This document shows, piece after piece, positions 27,733-42,125 of a stretch of DNA of 64,000 nt; position 1 is the first letter of the stretch, and each line of letters starts with the position of its first letter. The notes beneath the pieces are model-generated. The model did not search any database and was not told where the DNA came from. It saw only the letters and a program-made list of their open reading frames with translations. Source of the stretch: Auanema rhodensis (taxonomy: Eukaryota > Animalia > Nematoda); the NCBI GenBank assembly GCA_964057225.1, contig OZ059899.1:3720001-3784000 (forward strand), read 5' to 3'. Both the position numbers and the translations under genes were made by a program.

Positions 27733-30700
27733 GCACCGAGATATCAACTGATATAAGTTCACACTTATATCCTCGATTTTCACCCTGAAGAAATAATTTT
27801 TTCGTTGAATAACATTGTCCATCGTCTTTGCTTTGAAAAATGGAATCTAAAAACATCTACTTTCTGCTAAATTATTTTGAAATTTTTCGAAAAAATTTTT
27901 GTCAAAATATTTTTGGAAGCAATGTTGAGTGTACATGGAAACTCAACATACACTAATGCATCATTTTTCAAACGATCATAACTAATTTTTGTATTAAGCG
28001 TTTCTCAATGTAGTATAGTGCATTCGATGCGGATTTTTAAGCTGCGTCGATCTGTGTTATCAGATTTGCGCTAGCTTAAAAATGCACCGAGATATCAACT
28101 GATATAAGTTCACACTTATATCCTCGATTTTCACCCTGAAGAATTTATTTTTTTGTTGAATAACATTGTCCATCGTCTTTGCCTTGAAAAATGGAATCTT
28201 AAAACATCTACTTTTTGCTAAATTATTTTGAAATTTTTCGAAAAAATTTTTGTCAAAATGTTTTTGGAAGCAATGTTGAGTGTACATGGAAACTCAACAT
28301 ACACTAATGCATCATTTTTCAAACGATCATAACTAATTTTTGTATCAAGTGTTTCTCAATGTAGTATTGTGCATTCGATGCGGATTTTTAAGCTGCGTCG
28401 ATCTGTGTTATCAGATTTGCGCTAGCTTAAAAATGCACCGAGATATCAACTGATATAAGTTCACACTTATATCCTCGATTTTCACCCTGAAGAAATAATT
28501 TTTTCGTTGAATAACATTGTCCATCGTCTTTGCCTTGAAAAAAGGAATCTAAAAACATCTACTTTTTGCTAAATTATTTTGAAATTTTTCGAAAAAATTT
28601 TTGTCAAAATGTTTTTGGAAGCAATGTTGAGTGTACATGGAAACTCAACATACACTAATGCATCATTTTTCAAACGATCATAACTAATTTTTGTATTAAG
28701 CGTTTCTCAATGTAGTATAGTGCATTCGATGCGGATTTTTAAGCTGCGTCGATCTGTGTTATCAGATTTGCGCTAGCTTAAAAATGCACCGAGATATCAA
28801 CTGATATAAGTTCACACTTATATCCTCGATTTTCACCCTGAAGAAATAATTTTTTCGTTGAATAACATTGTCCATCGTCTTTGCCTTGAAAAAAGGAATC
28901 TAAAAACATCTACTTTCTGCTAAATTATTTTGAAATTTTTCGAAAAAATTTTTGTCAAAATGTTTTTGGAAGCAATGTTGAGTGTACATGGAAACTCAAC
29001 ATACACTAATGCATCATTTTTCAAACGATCATAACTAATTTTTGTATTAAGCGTTTCTCAATGTAGTATAGTGCATTCGATGCGGATTTTTAAGCTGCGT
29101 CGATCTGTGTTATCAGATTTGCGCTAGCTTAAAAATGCACCGAGATATCAACTGATATAAGTTCACACTTATATCCTCGATTTTCACCCTGAAGAAATAA
29201 TTTTTTCGTTGAATAACATTGTCCATCGTCTTTGCCTTGAAAAATGGAATCTTAAAACATCTACTTTTTGCTAAATTATTTTGAAATTTTTCGAAAAAAT
29301 TTTTGTCAAAATGTTTTTGGAAGCAATGTTGAGTGTACATGGAAACTCAACATACACTAATGCATCATTTTTCAAACGATCATAACTAATTTTTGTATTA
29401 AGCGTTTCTCAATGTAGTATAGTGCATTAGATGCGGATTTTTAAGCTGCGTCGATCTGTGTTATCAGATTTGCGCTAGCTTAAAAATGCACCGAGATATC
29501 AACTGATATAAGTTCACACTTATATCCTCGATTTTCACCCTGAAGAAATAATTTTTTCGTTGAATAACATTGTCCATCGTCTTTGCCTTGAAAAATGGAA
29601 TCTTAAAACATCTACTTTTTGCTAAATTATTTTGAAATTTTTCGAAAAAATTTTTGTCAAAATGTTTTTGGAAGCAATGTTGAGTGTACATGGAAACTCA
29701 ACATACACTAATGCATCATTTTTCAAACGATCATAACTAATTTTTGTATTAAGCGTTTCTCAATGTAGTATAGTGCATTCGATGCGGATTTTTAAGCTGC
29801 GTCGATCTGTGTTATCAGATTTGCGCTAGCTTAAAAATGCACCGAGATATCAACTGATATAAGTTCACACGTATATCCTCGATTTTCACCCTGAAGAAAT
29901 AATTTTTTCGTTGAATAACATTGTCCATCGTCTTTGCCTTGAAAAAAGGAATCTAAAAACATCTACTTTTTGCTAAATTATTTTGAAATTTTTCGAAACA
30001 ATTTTTGTCAAAATGTTTTTGGAAGCAATGTTGAGTGTACATGGAAACTCAACATACACTAATGCATCATTTTTCAAACGATCATAACTAATTTTTGTAT
30101 TAAGCGTTTCTCAATGTAGTATAGTGCATTCGATGCGGATTTTTAAGCTGCGTCGATCTGTGTTATCAGATTTGCGCTAGCTTAAAAATGCACCGAGATA
30201 TCAACTGATATAAGTTCACACTTATATCCTCGATTTTCACCCTGAAGAAATAATTTTTTCGTTGAATAACATTGTCCATCGTCTTTGCCTTGAAAAATGG
30301 AATCTTAAAACATCTACTTTTTGCTAAATTATTTTGAAATTTTTCGAAAAAATTTTTGTCAAAATGTTTTTGGAAGCAATGTTGAGTGTACATGGAAACT
30401 CAACATACACTAATGCATCATTTTTCAAACGATCATAACTAATTTTTGTATTAAGCGTTTCTCAATGTAGTATAGTGCATTAGATGCGGATTTTTAAGCT
30501 GCGTCGATCTGTGTTATCAGATTTGCGCTAGCTTAAAAATGCACCGAGATATCAACTGATATAAGTTCACACTTATATCCTCGATTTTCACCCTGAAGAA
30601 ATAATTTTTTCGTTGAATAACATTGTCCATCGTCTTTGCCTTGAAAAAAGGAATCTAAAAACATCTACTTTTTGCTAAATTATTTTGAAATTTTTCGAAA

Positions 30701-33700
30701 AAATTTTTGTCAAAATGTTTTTGGAAGCAATGTTGAGTGTACATGGAAACTCAACATACACTAATGCATCATTTTTCAAACGAGCATAACTAATTTTTGT
30801 ATTAAGCGTTTCTCAATGTAGTATAGTGCATTCGATGCGGATTTTTAAGCTGCGTCGATCTGTGTTATCAGATTTGCGCTAGCTTAAAAATGCACCGAGA
30901 TATCAACTGATATAAGTTCACACTTATATCCTCGATTTTCACCCTGAAGAAATAATTTTTTCGTTGAATAACATTGTCCATCGTCTTTGCCTTGAAAAAT
31001 GGAATCTTAACACATCTACTTTTTGCTAAATTATTTTGAAATTTTTCGAAAAAATTTTTGTCAAAATGTTTTTGGAAGCAATGTTGAGTGTACATGGAAA
31101 CTCAACATACACTAATGCATCATTTTTCAAACGATCATAACTAATTTTTGTATTAAGCGTTTCTCAATGTAGTATAGTGCATTAGATGCGGATTTTTAAG
31201 CTGCGTCGATCTGTGTTATCAGATTTGCGCTAGCTTAAAAATGCACCGAGATATCAACTGATATAAGTTCACACTTATATCCTCGATTTTCACCCTGAAG
31301 AAATAATTTTTTCGTTGAATAACATTGTCCATCGTCTTTGCCTTGAAAAAAGGAATCTAAAAACATCTACTTTTTGCTAAATTATTTTGAAATTTTTCGA
31401 AAAAATTTTTGTCAAAATGTTTTTGGAAGCAATGTTGAGTGTACATGGAAACTCAACATACACTAATGCATCATTTTTCAAACGAGCATAACTAATTTTT
31501 GTATTAAGCGTTTCTCAATGTAGTATAGTGCATTCGATGCGGATTTTTAAGCTGCGTCGATCTGTGTTATCAGATTTGCGCTAGCTTAAAAATGCACCGA
31601 GATATCAACTGATATAAGTTCACACTTATATCCTCGATTTTCACCCTGAAGAAATAATTTTTTCGTTGAATAACATTGTCCATCGTCTTTGCCTTGAAAA
31701 ATGGAATCTTAACACATCTACTTTTTGCTAAATTATTTTGAAATTTTTCGAAAAAATTTTTGTCAAAATGTTTTTGGAAGCAATGTTGAGTGTACATGGA
31801 AACTCAACATACACTAATGCATCATTTTTCAAACGATCATAACTAATTTTTGTATTAAGCGTTTCTCAATGTAGTATAGTGCATTCGATGCGGATTTTTA
31901 AGCTGCGTCGATCTGTGTTATCAGATTTGCGCTAGCTTGAAAATGCACCGAGATATCAACTGATATAAGTTCACACTTATATCCTCGATTTTCACCCTGA
32001 AGAATTAATTTTTTCGTTGAATAACATTGTCCATTGTCTTTGCCTTGAAAAATGGAATCTTAAAACATCTACTTTTTGCTAAATTATTTTGAAATTTTTC
32101 GAAAAAATTTTTGTCAAAATGTTTTTGGAAGCAATGTTGAGTGTACATGGAAACTCAACATACACTAATGCATCATTTTTCAAACGATCATAACTAATTT
32201 TTGTATCAAGCGTTTTTCAATGTAGTATAGTGCATTCGATGCGGATTTTTAAGCTGCGTCGATCTGTGTTATCAGATTTGCGCTAGCTTAAAAATGCACC
32301 GAGATATCAACTGATATAAGTTCACACTTATATCCTCGATTTTCACCCTGAAGAAATAATTTTTTCGTTGAATAACATTGTCCATCGTCTTTGCCTTGAA
32401 AAATGGAATCTTAAAACATCTACTTTTTGCTAAATTATTTTGAAATTTTTCGAAAAAATTTTTGTCAAAATGTTTTTGGAAGCAATGTTGAGTGTACATG
32501 GAAACTCAACATACACTAATGCATCATTTTTCAAACGATCATAACTAATTTTTGTATTAAGCGTTTCTCAATGTAGTATAGTGCATTCGATGCGGATTTT
32601 TAAGCTGCGTCGATCTGTGTTATCAGATTTGCGCTAGCTTGAAAATGCACCGAGATATCAACTGATATAAGTTCACACTTATATCCTCGATTTTCACCCT
32701 GAAGAATTAATTTTTTCGTTGAATAACATTGTCCATTGTCTTTGCCTTGAAAAATGAAATCTTAAAACATCTACTTTTTGCTAAATTATTTTGAAATTTT
32801 TCGAAAAAATTTTTGTCAAAATGTTTTTGGAAGCAATGTTGAGTGTACATGGAAACTCAACATACACTAATGCATCATTTTTCAAACGATCATAACTAAT
32901 TTTTGTATCAAGCGTTTTTCAATGTAGTATAGTGCATTCGATGCGGATTTTTAAGCTGCGTCGATCTGTGTTATCAGATTTGCGCTAGCTTAAAAATGCA
33001 CCGAGATATCAACTGATATAAGTTCACACTTATATCCTCGATTTTCACCCTGAAGAAATAATTTTTTCGTTGAATAACATTGTCCATCGTCTTTGCCTTG
33101 AAAAATGGAATCTTAAAACATCTACTTTTTGCTAAATTATTTTGAAATTTTTCGAAAAAATTTTTGTCAAAATGTTTTTGGAAGCAATGTTGAGTGTACA
33201 TGGAAACTCAACATACACTAATGCATCATTTTTCAAACGATCATAACTAATTTTTGTATTAAGCGTTTCTCAATGTAGTATAGTGCATTCGATGCGGATT
33301 TTTAAGCTGCGTCGATCTGTGTTATCAGATTTGCGCTAGCTTAAAAATGCACCGAGATATCAACTGATATAAGTTCACACTTATATCCTCGATTTTCACC
33401 CTGAAGAAATAATTTTTTCGTTGAATAACATTGTCCATCGTCTTTGCCTTGAAAAATGGAATCTTAAAACATCTACTTTTTGCTAAATTATTTTGAAATT
33501 TTTCGAAAAAATTTTTGTCAAAATGTTTTTGGAAGCAATGTTGAGTGTACATGGAAACTCAACATACACTAATGCATCATTTTTCAAACGATCATAACTA
33601 ATTTTTGTATCAAGCGTTTTTCAATGTAGTATAGTGCATTCGATGCGGATTTTTAAGCTGCGTCGATCTGTGTTATCAGATTTGCGCTAGCTTAAAAATG

Positions 33701-36700
33701 CACCGAGATATCAACTGATATAAGTTCACACTTATATCTTCGATTTTCACCCTGAAGAAATAATTTTTTCGTTGAATAACATTGTCCATCGTCTTTGCCT
33801 TGAAAAAAGGAATCTAAAAACATCTACTTTTTGCTAAATTATTCCGAAAATTTTCGAAAAAATTTTTGTCAAAATGTTTTTGGAAGCAATGTTGAGTGTA
33901 CATGGAAACTCAACATACACTAATGCATCATTTTTCAAACGATCATAACTAATTTTTGTATTAAGCGTTTCTCAATGTAGTATAATGCATTCGATGCGGA
34001 TTTTTAAGCTGCGTCGATCTGTGTTATCAGATTTGCGCTAGCTTAAAAATGCACCGAGATATCAACTGATATAAGTTCACACTTATATCCTCGATTTTCA
34101 CCCTGAAGAATTAATTTTTTCGTTGAATAACATTGTCCATCGTCTTTGCCTTGAAAAATGGAATCTTAAAACATCTACTTTTTGCTAAATTATTTTGAAA
34201 TTTTTCGAAAAAATTTTTGTCAAAATGTTTTTGGAAGCAATGTTGAGTGTACATGGAAACTCAACATACACTAATGCATCATTTTTCAAACGATCATAAC
34301 TAATTTTTGTACTAAGCGTTTCTCAATGTAGTATAATGCATTCGATGCGGATTTTTAAGCTGCGTCGATCTGTGTTATCAGATTTGCGCTAGCTTAAAAA
34401 TGCACCGAGATATCAACTGATATAAGTTCACACTTATATCCTCGATTTTCACCCTGAAGAATTAATTTTTTCGTTGAATAACATTGTCCATCGTCTTTGC
34501 CTTGAAAAAAGGAATCTAAAAACATCTACTTTTTGCTTAATTATTTTGAAATTTTTCGAAAAAATTTTTGTCAAAATGTTTTTGGAAGCAATGTTGAGTG
34601 TACATGGAAACTCAACATACACTAATGCATCATTTTTCAAACGATCATAACTAATTTTTGTATTAAGCGTTTCTCAATGTAGTATAGTGCATTCGATGCG
34701 GATTTTTAAGCTGCGTCGATCTGTGTTATCAGATTTGCGCTAGCTTAAAAATGCACCGAGATATCAACTGATATAAGTTCACACTTATATCCTCGATTTT
34801 CACCCTGAAGAATTAATTTTTTCGTTGAATAACATTGTCCATCGTCTTTGCCTTGAAAAATGGAATCTTAAAACATCTACTTTTTGCTAAATTATTTTGA
34901 AATTTTTCGAAAAAATTTTTGTCAAAATGTTTTTGGAAGCAATGTTGAGTGTACATGGAAACTCAACATACACTAATGCATCATTTTTCAAACGATCATA
35001 ACTAATTTTTGTATTAAGCGTTTCTCAATGTAGTATAATGCATTCGATGCGGATTTTTAAGCTGCGTCGATCTGTGTTATCAGATTTGCGCTAGCTTAAA
35101 AATGCACCGAGATATCAACTGATATAAGTTCACACTTATATCCTCGATTTTCACCCTGAAGAATTAATTTTTTCGTTGAATAACATTGTCCATCGTCTTT
35201 GCCTTGAAAAAAGGAATCTAAAAACATCTACTTTTTGCTTAATTATTTTGAAATTTTTCGAAAAAATTTTTGTCAAAATGTTTTTGGAAGCAATGTTGAG
35301 TGTACATGGAAACTCAACATACACTAATGCATCATTTTTCAAACGATCATAACTAATTTTTGTATTAAGCGTTTCTCAATGTAGTATAGTGCATTCGATG
35401 CGGATTTTTAAGCTGCGTCGATCTGTGTTATCAGATTTGCGCTAGCTTAAAAATGCACCGAGATATCAACTGATATAAGTTCACACTTATATCCTCGATT
35501 TTCACCCTGAAGAATTAATTTTTTCGTTGAATAACATTGTCCATCGTCTTTGCCTTGAAAAATGGAATCTTAAAACATCTACTTTTTGCTAAATTATTTT
35601 GAAATTTTTCGAAAAAATTTTTGTCAAAATGTTTTTGGAAGCAATGTTGAGTGTACATGGAAACTCAACATACACTAATGCATCATTTTTCAAACGATCA
35701 TAACTAATTTTTGTATTAAGCGTTTCTCAATGTAGTATAGTGCATTCGATGCGGATTTTTAAGCTGCGTCGATCTGTGTTATCAGATTTGCGCTAGCTCA
35801 AAAATGCACCGAGATATCAACTGATATAAGTTTACACTTATATCCTCGATTTTCACCCTGAAGAATTAATTTTTTAGTTAAATAACATTGTCCATCGTCT
35901 TTGCCTTGAAAAATGAAATCTGAAAACATCTACTTTTTGCTAAATTTTTTTGAAATTTTTCGAAAAAATTTTTGTCAAAATGTTTTTGGAAACAATGTTG
36001 AGTGTACATGGAAACTCAACATACACTAATGCATCATTTTTCAAACGATCATAACTAATTTTTGTATTAAGCGTTTCTCAATGTAGTATAGTGCATTCGA
36101 TGCGGATTTTTAAGCTGCGTCGATCTGTGTTATCAGATTTGCGCTAGCTCAAAAATGCACCGAGATATCAACTGATATAAGTTTACACTTATATCCTCGA
36201 TTTTCACCCTGAAGAATTAATTTTTTCGTTAAATAACATTGTCCATCGTCTTTGCCTTGAAAAATGAAATCTAAAAACATCTACTTTTTGCTAAATTATT
36301 TTGAAATTTTTCGAAAAAATTGTTGTCAAAATGTTTTTGGAAGCAATGTTGAGTGTACATGGAAACTCAACATACACTAATGCATCATTTTTCAAACGAT
36401 CAAAACTAATTTTTGTATTAAGCGTTTCTCAATGTAGTATAGTGCATTCGATGCGGATTTTTAAGCTGCGTCGATCTGTGTTATCAGATTTGCGCTAGCT
36501 CAAAAATGCACCGAGATATCAACTGATATAAGTTCACACTTATATCCTCGATTTTCACCCTGAAGAATTAATTTTTTCGTTGAATAACATTGTCCATCGT
36601 CTTTGCCTTGAAAAAAGGAATCTAAAAACATCTACTTTTTGCTAAATTATTCCGAAAATTTTCGAAAAAATTTTTGTCAAAATGTTTTTGGAAGCAATGT

Positions 36701-39700
36701 TGAGTGTACATGGAAACTCAACATACACTAATGCATCATTTTTCAAACGATCATAACTAATTTTTGTATTAAGCGTTTCTCAATGTAGTATAATGCATTC
36801 GATGCGGATTTTTAAGCTGCATCGATCTGTGTTATCAGATTTGCGCTAGCTTAAAAATGCACCGAGATATCAACTGATATAAGTTTACACTTATATCCTC
36901 GATTTTCACCCTGAAGAATTAATTTTTTCGTTGAATAACATTGTCCATCGTCTTTGCCTTGAAAAAAGAAATCTAAAAACATCTACTTTTTGCTAAATTA
37001 TTTTGAAATTTTTCGAAAAAATTTTTGTCAAAATGTTTTTGGAAGCAATGTTGAGTGTACATGGAAACTCAACATACACTAATGCATCATTTTTCAAACG
37101 ATCATAACTAATTTTTGTATCAAGCGTTTCTTAATGTAGTATTGTGCATTCGATCCGGATTTTTAAGCTGCGTCGATCTGTGTTATCAGATTTGCGCTAG
37201 CTTAAAAATGCACCGAGATATCAACTGATATAAGTTCACACTTATATCCTCGATTTTCACCCTGAAGAAATAATTTTTTCGTTGAATAACATTGTCCATC
37301 GTCTTTGCCTTGAAAAAAGGAATCTAAAAACATCTACTTTTTGCTAAATTATTTTGAAATTTTTCGAAAAAATTTTTGTCAAAATGTTTTTGGAAGCAAT
37401 GTTGAGTGTACATGGAAACTCAACATACACTAATGCATCATTTTTCAAACGATCATAACTAATTTTTGTATTAAGCGTTTCTCAATGTAGTATAGTGCAT
37501 TCGATGCGGATTTTTAAGCTGCGTCGATCTGTGTTATCAGATTTGCGCTAGCTTGAAAATGCACCGAGATATCAACTGATATAAGTTCACACTTATATCC
37601 TCGATTTTCACCCTGAAGAATTAATTTTTTCGTTGAATAACATTGTCCATTGTCTTTGCCTTGAAAAATGAAATCTTAAAACATCTACTTTTTGCTAAAT
37701 TATTTTGAAATTTTTCGAAAAAATTTTTGTCAAAATGTTTTTGGAAGCAATGTTGAGTGTACATGGAAACTCAACATACACTAATGCATCATTTTTCAAA
37801 CGATCATAACTAATTTTTGTATCAAGCGTTTTTCAATGTAGTATAGTGCATTCGATGCGGATTTTTAAGCTGCGTCGATCTGTGTTATCAGATTTGCGCT
37901 AGCTTAAAAATGCACCGAGATATCAACTGATATAAGTTCACACTTATATCCTCGATTTTCACCCTGAAGAAATAATTTTTTCGTTGAATAACATTGTCCA
38001 TCGTCTTTGCCTTGAAAAAAGGAATCTAAAAACATCTACTTTTTGCTAAATTATTCCGAAAATTTTCGAAAAAATTTTTGTCAAAATGTTTTTGGAAGCA
38101 ATGTTGAGTGTACATGGAAACTCAACATACACTAATGCATCATTTTTCAAACGATCATAACTAATTTTTGTATTAAGCGTTTCTCAATGTAGTATAATGC
38201 ATTCGATGCGGATTTTTAAGCTGCGTCGATCTGTGTTATCAGATTTGCGCTAGCTTAAAAATGCACCGAGATATCAACTGATATAAGTTCACACTTATAT
38301 CCTCGATTTTCACCCTGAAGAATTAATTTTTTCGTTGAATAACATTGTCCATCGTCTTTGCCTTGAAAAATGGAATCTTAAAACATCTACTTTTTGCTAA
38401 ATTATTTTGAAATTTTTCGAAAAAATTTTTGTCAAAATGTTTTTGGAAGCAATGTTGAGTGTACATGGAAACTCAACATACACTAATGCATCATTTTTCA
38501 AACGATCATAACTAATTTTTGTATTAAGCGTTTCTTAATGTAGTATAATGCATTCGATGCGGATTTTTAAGCTGCGTCGATCTGTGTTATCAGATTTGCG
38601 CTAGCTTAAAAATGCACCGAGATATCAACTGATATAAGTTCACACATATATCCTCGATTTTCACCCTGAAGAAATAATTTTTTCGTTGAATAACATTGTC
38701 CATCGTCTTTGCCTTGAAAAATGGAATCTTAAAACATCTACTTTTTGCTAAATTATTTTGAAATTTTTCGAAAAAATTTTTGTCAAAATGTTTTTGGAAG
38801 CAATGTTGAGTGTACATGGAAACTCAACATACACTAATGCATCATTTTTCAAACGATCATAACTTATTTTTGTATCAAGCGTTTTTCAATGTAGTATAGT
38901 GCATTCGATGCGGATTTTTAAGCTGCGTCGATCTGTGTTATCAGATTTGCGCTAGCTTAAAAATGCACCGAGATATCAACTGATATAAGTTCACACTTAT
39001 ATCCTCGATTTTCACCCTGAAGAAATGATTTTTTCGTTGAATAACATTGTCCATCGTCTTTGCCTCGAAAAAAGGAATCTAAAAACATCTACTTTTTGCT
39101 AAATTATTCCGAAAATTTTCGAAAAAATTTTTGTCAAAATGTTTTTGGAAGCAATGTTGAGTGTACATGGAAACTCAACATACACTAATGCATCATTTTT
39201 CAAACGATCATAACTAATTTTTGTATTAAGCGTTTCTCAATGTAGTATAATGCATTCGATGCGGATTTTTAAGCTGCGTCGATCTGTGTTATCAGATTTG
39301 CGCTAGCTTGAAAATGCACCGAGATATCAACTGATATAAGTTCACACTTATATCCTCGATTTTCACCCTGAAGAATTAATTTTTTCGTTGAATAACATTG
39401 TCCATTGTCTTTGCCTTGAAAAATGAAATCTTAAAACATCTACTTTTTGCTAAATTATTTTGAAATTTTTCGAAAAAATTTTTGTCAAAATGTTTTTGGA
39501 AGCAATGTTGAGTGTACATGGAAACTCAACATACACTAATGCATCATTTTTCAAACGATCATAACTAATTTTTGTATCAAGCGTTTCTCAATGTAGTATA
39601 GTGCATTCGATGCGGATTTTTAAGCTGCGTCGATCTGTGTTATCAGATTTGCGCTAGCTTAAAAATGCACCGAGATATCAACTGATATAAGTTCACACTT

Positions 39701-42125
39701 ATATCCTCGATTTTCACCCTGAAGAAATAATTTTTTCGTTGAATAACATTGTCCATCGTCTTTGCCTTGAAAAATGGAATCTTAGAACATCTACTTTTTG
39801 CTAAATTATTTTGAAATTTTTCGAAAAAATTTTTGTCAAAATGTTTTTGGAAGCAATGTTGAGTGTACATGGAAACTCAACATACACTAATGCATCATTT
39901 TTCAAACGATCATAACTTATTTTTGTATCAAGCGTTTTTCAATGTAGTATAGTGCATTCGATGCGGATTTTTAAGCTGCGTCGATCTGTGTTATCAGATT
40001 TGCGCTAGCTTAAAAATGCACCGAGATATCAACTGATATAAGTTCACACTTATATCCTCGATTTTCACCCTGAAGAAATAATTTTTTCGTTGAATAACAT
40101 TGTCCATCGTCTTTGCCTTGAAAAAAGGAATCTAAAAACATCTACTTTTTGCTAAATTATTCCGAAAATTTTCGAAAAAATTTTTGTCAAAATGTTTTTG
40201 GAAGCAATGTTGAGTGTACATGGAAACTCAACATACACTAATGCATCATTTTTCAAACGATCATAACTAATTTTTGTATTAAGCGTTTCTCAATGTAGTA
40301 TAATGCATTCGATGCGGATTTTTAAGCTGCGTCGATCTGTGTTATCAGATTTGCGCTAGCTTAAAAATGCACCGAGATATCAACTGATATAAGTTCACAC
40401 TTATATCCTCGATTTTCACCCTGAAGAATTAATTTTTTCGTTGAATAACATTGTCCATCGTCTTTGCCTTGAAAAATGGAATCTTACAAAACATCTACTT
40501 TTTGCTAAATTATTTTGAAATTTTTCGAAAAAATTTTTGTCAAAATGTTTTTGGAAGCAATGTTGAGTGTACATGGAAACTCAACATACACTAATGCATC
40601 ATTTTTCAAACGATCATAACTAATTTTTGTATTAAGCGTTTCTCAATGTAGTATAATGCATTCGATGCGGATTTTTAAGCTGCGTCGATCTGTGTTATCA
40701 GATTTGCGCTAGCTTAAAAATGCACCGAGATATCAACTGATATAAGTTCACACTTATATCCTCGATTTTCACCCTGAAGAGATAATTTTTTCGTTGAATA
40801 ACATTGTCCATCGTCTTTGCCTTGAAAAATGGAATCTTAAAACATCTACTTTTTGCTAAATTATTTTGAAATTTTTCGAAAAAATTTTTGTCAAAATGTT
40901 TTTGGAAGCAATGTTGAGTGTACATGGAAACTCAACATACACTAATGCATCATTTTTCAAACGATCATAACTAATTTTTGTATTAAGCGTTTCTCAATGT
41001 AGTATAGTGCATTCGATGCGGATTTTTAAGCTGCGTCGATCTGTGTTATCAGATTTGCGCTAGCTTAAAAATGCACCGAGATATCAACTGATATAAGTTC
41101 ACACTTATATCCTCGATTTTCACCCTGAAGAATTAATTTTTTCGTTGAATAACATTGTCCATCGTCTTTGCCTTGAAAAATGGAATCTTAAAACATCTAC
41201 TTTTTGCTAAATTATTTTGAAATTTTTCGAAAAAATTTTTGTCAAAATGTTTTTGGAAGCAATGTTGAGTGTACATGGAAACTCAACATACACTAATGCA
41301 TCATTTTTCAAACGATCATAACTAATTTTTGTATTAAGCGTTTCTCAATGTAGTATAGTGCATTCGATGCGGATTTTTAAGCTGCGTCGATCTGTGTTAT
41401 CAGATTTGCGCTAGCTTAAAAATGCACCGAGATATCAACTGATATAAGTTCACACTTATATCCTCGATTTTCACCCTGAAGAATTAATTTTTTCGTTGAA
41501 TAACATTGTCCATCGTCTTTGCCTTGAAAAAAGAAATCTTAAAACATCTACTTTTTGCTAAATTATTTTGAAATTTTTCGAAAAAATTTTTGTCAAAATG
41601 TTTTTGGAAGCAATGTTGAGTGTACATGGAAACTCAACATACACTAATGCATCATTTTTCAAACGATCATAACTAATTTTTGTATTAAGCGTTTCTCAAT
41701 GTAGTATAGTGCATTCGATGCGGATTTTTAAGCTGCGTCGATCTGTGTTATCAGATTTGCGCTAGCTTAAAAATGCACCGAGATATCAACTGATATAAGT
41801 TCACACTTATATCCTCGATTTTCACCCTGAAGAAATAATTTTTTCGTTGAATAACATTGTCCATCGTCTTTGCCTTGAAAAATGGAATCTTAAAACATCT
41901 ACTTTTTGCTAAATTATTTTGAAATTTTTCGAAAAAATTTTTGTCAAAATGTTTTTGGAAGCAATGTTGAGTGTACATGGAAACTCAACATACACTAATG
42001 CATCATTTTTCAAACGATCATAACTAATTTTTGTATCAAGCGTTTTTCAATGTAGTATAGTGCATTCGATGCGGATTTTTAAGCTGCGTCGATCTGTGTT
42101 ATCAGATTTGCGCTAGCTTAAAAAT

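Noticed and set aside
36301-36498. 65-aa plus-strand and 63-aa minus-strand (e.g. 34449-34640) ORFs
   Set aside because: They start at TTG and appear only where a single SNP removes a stop codon. They are useful as variant markers only.
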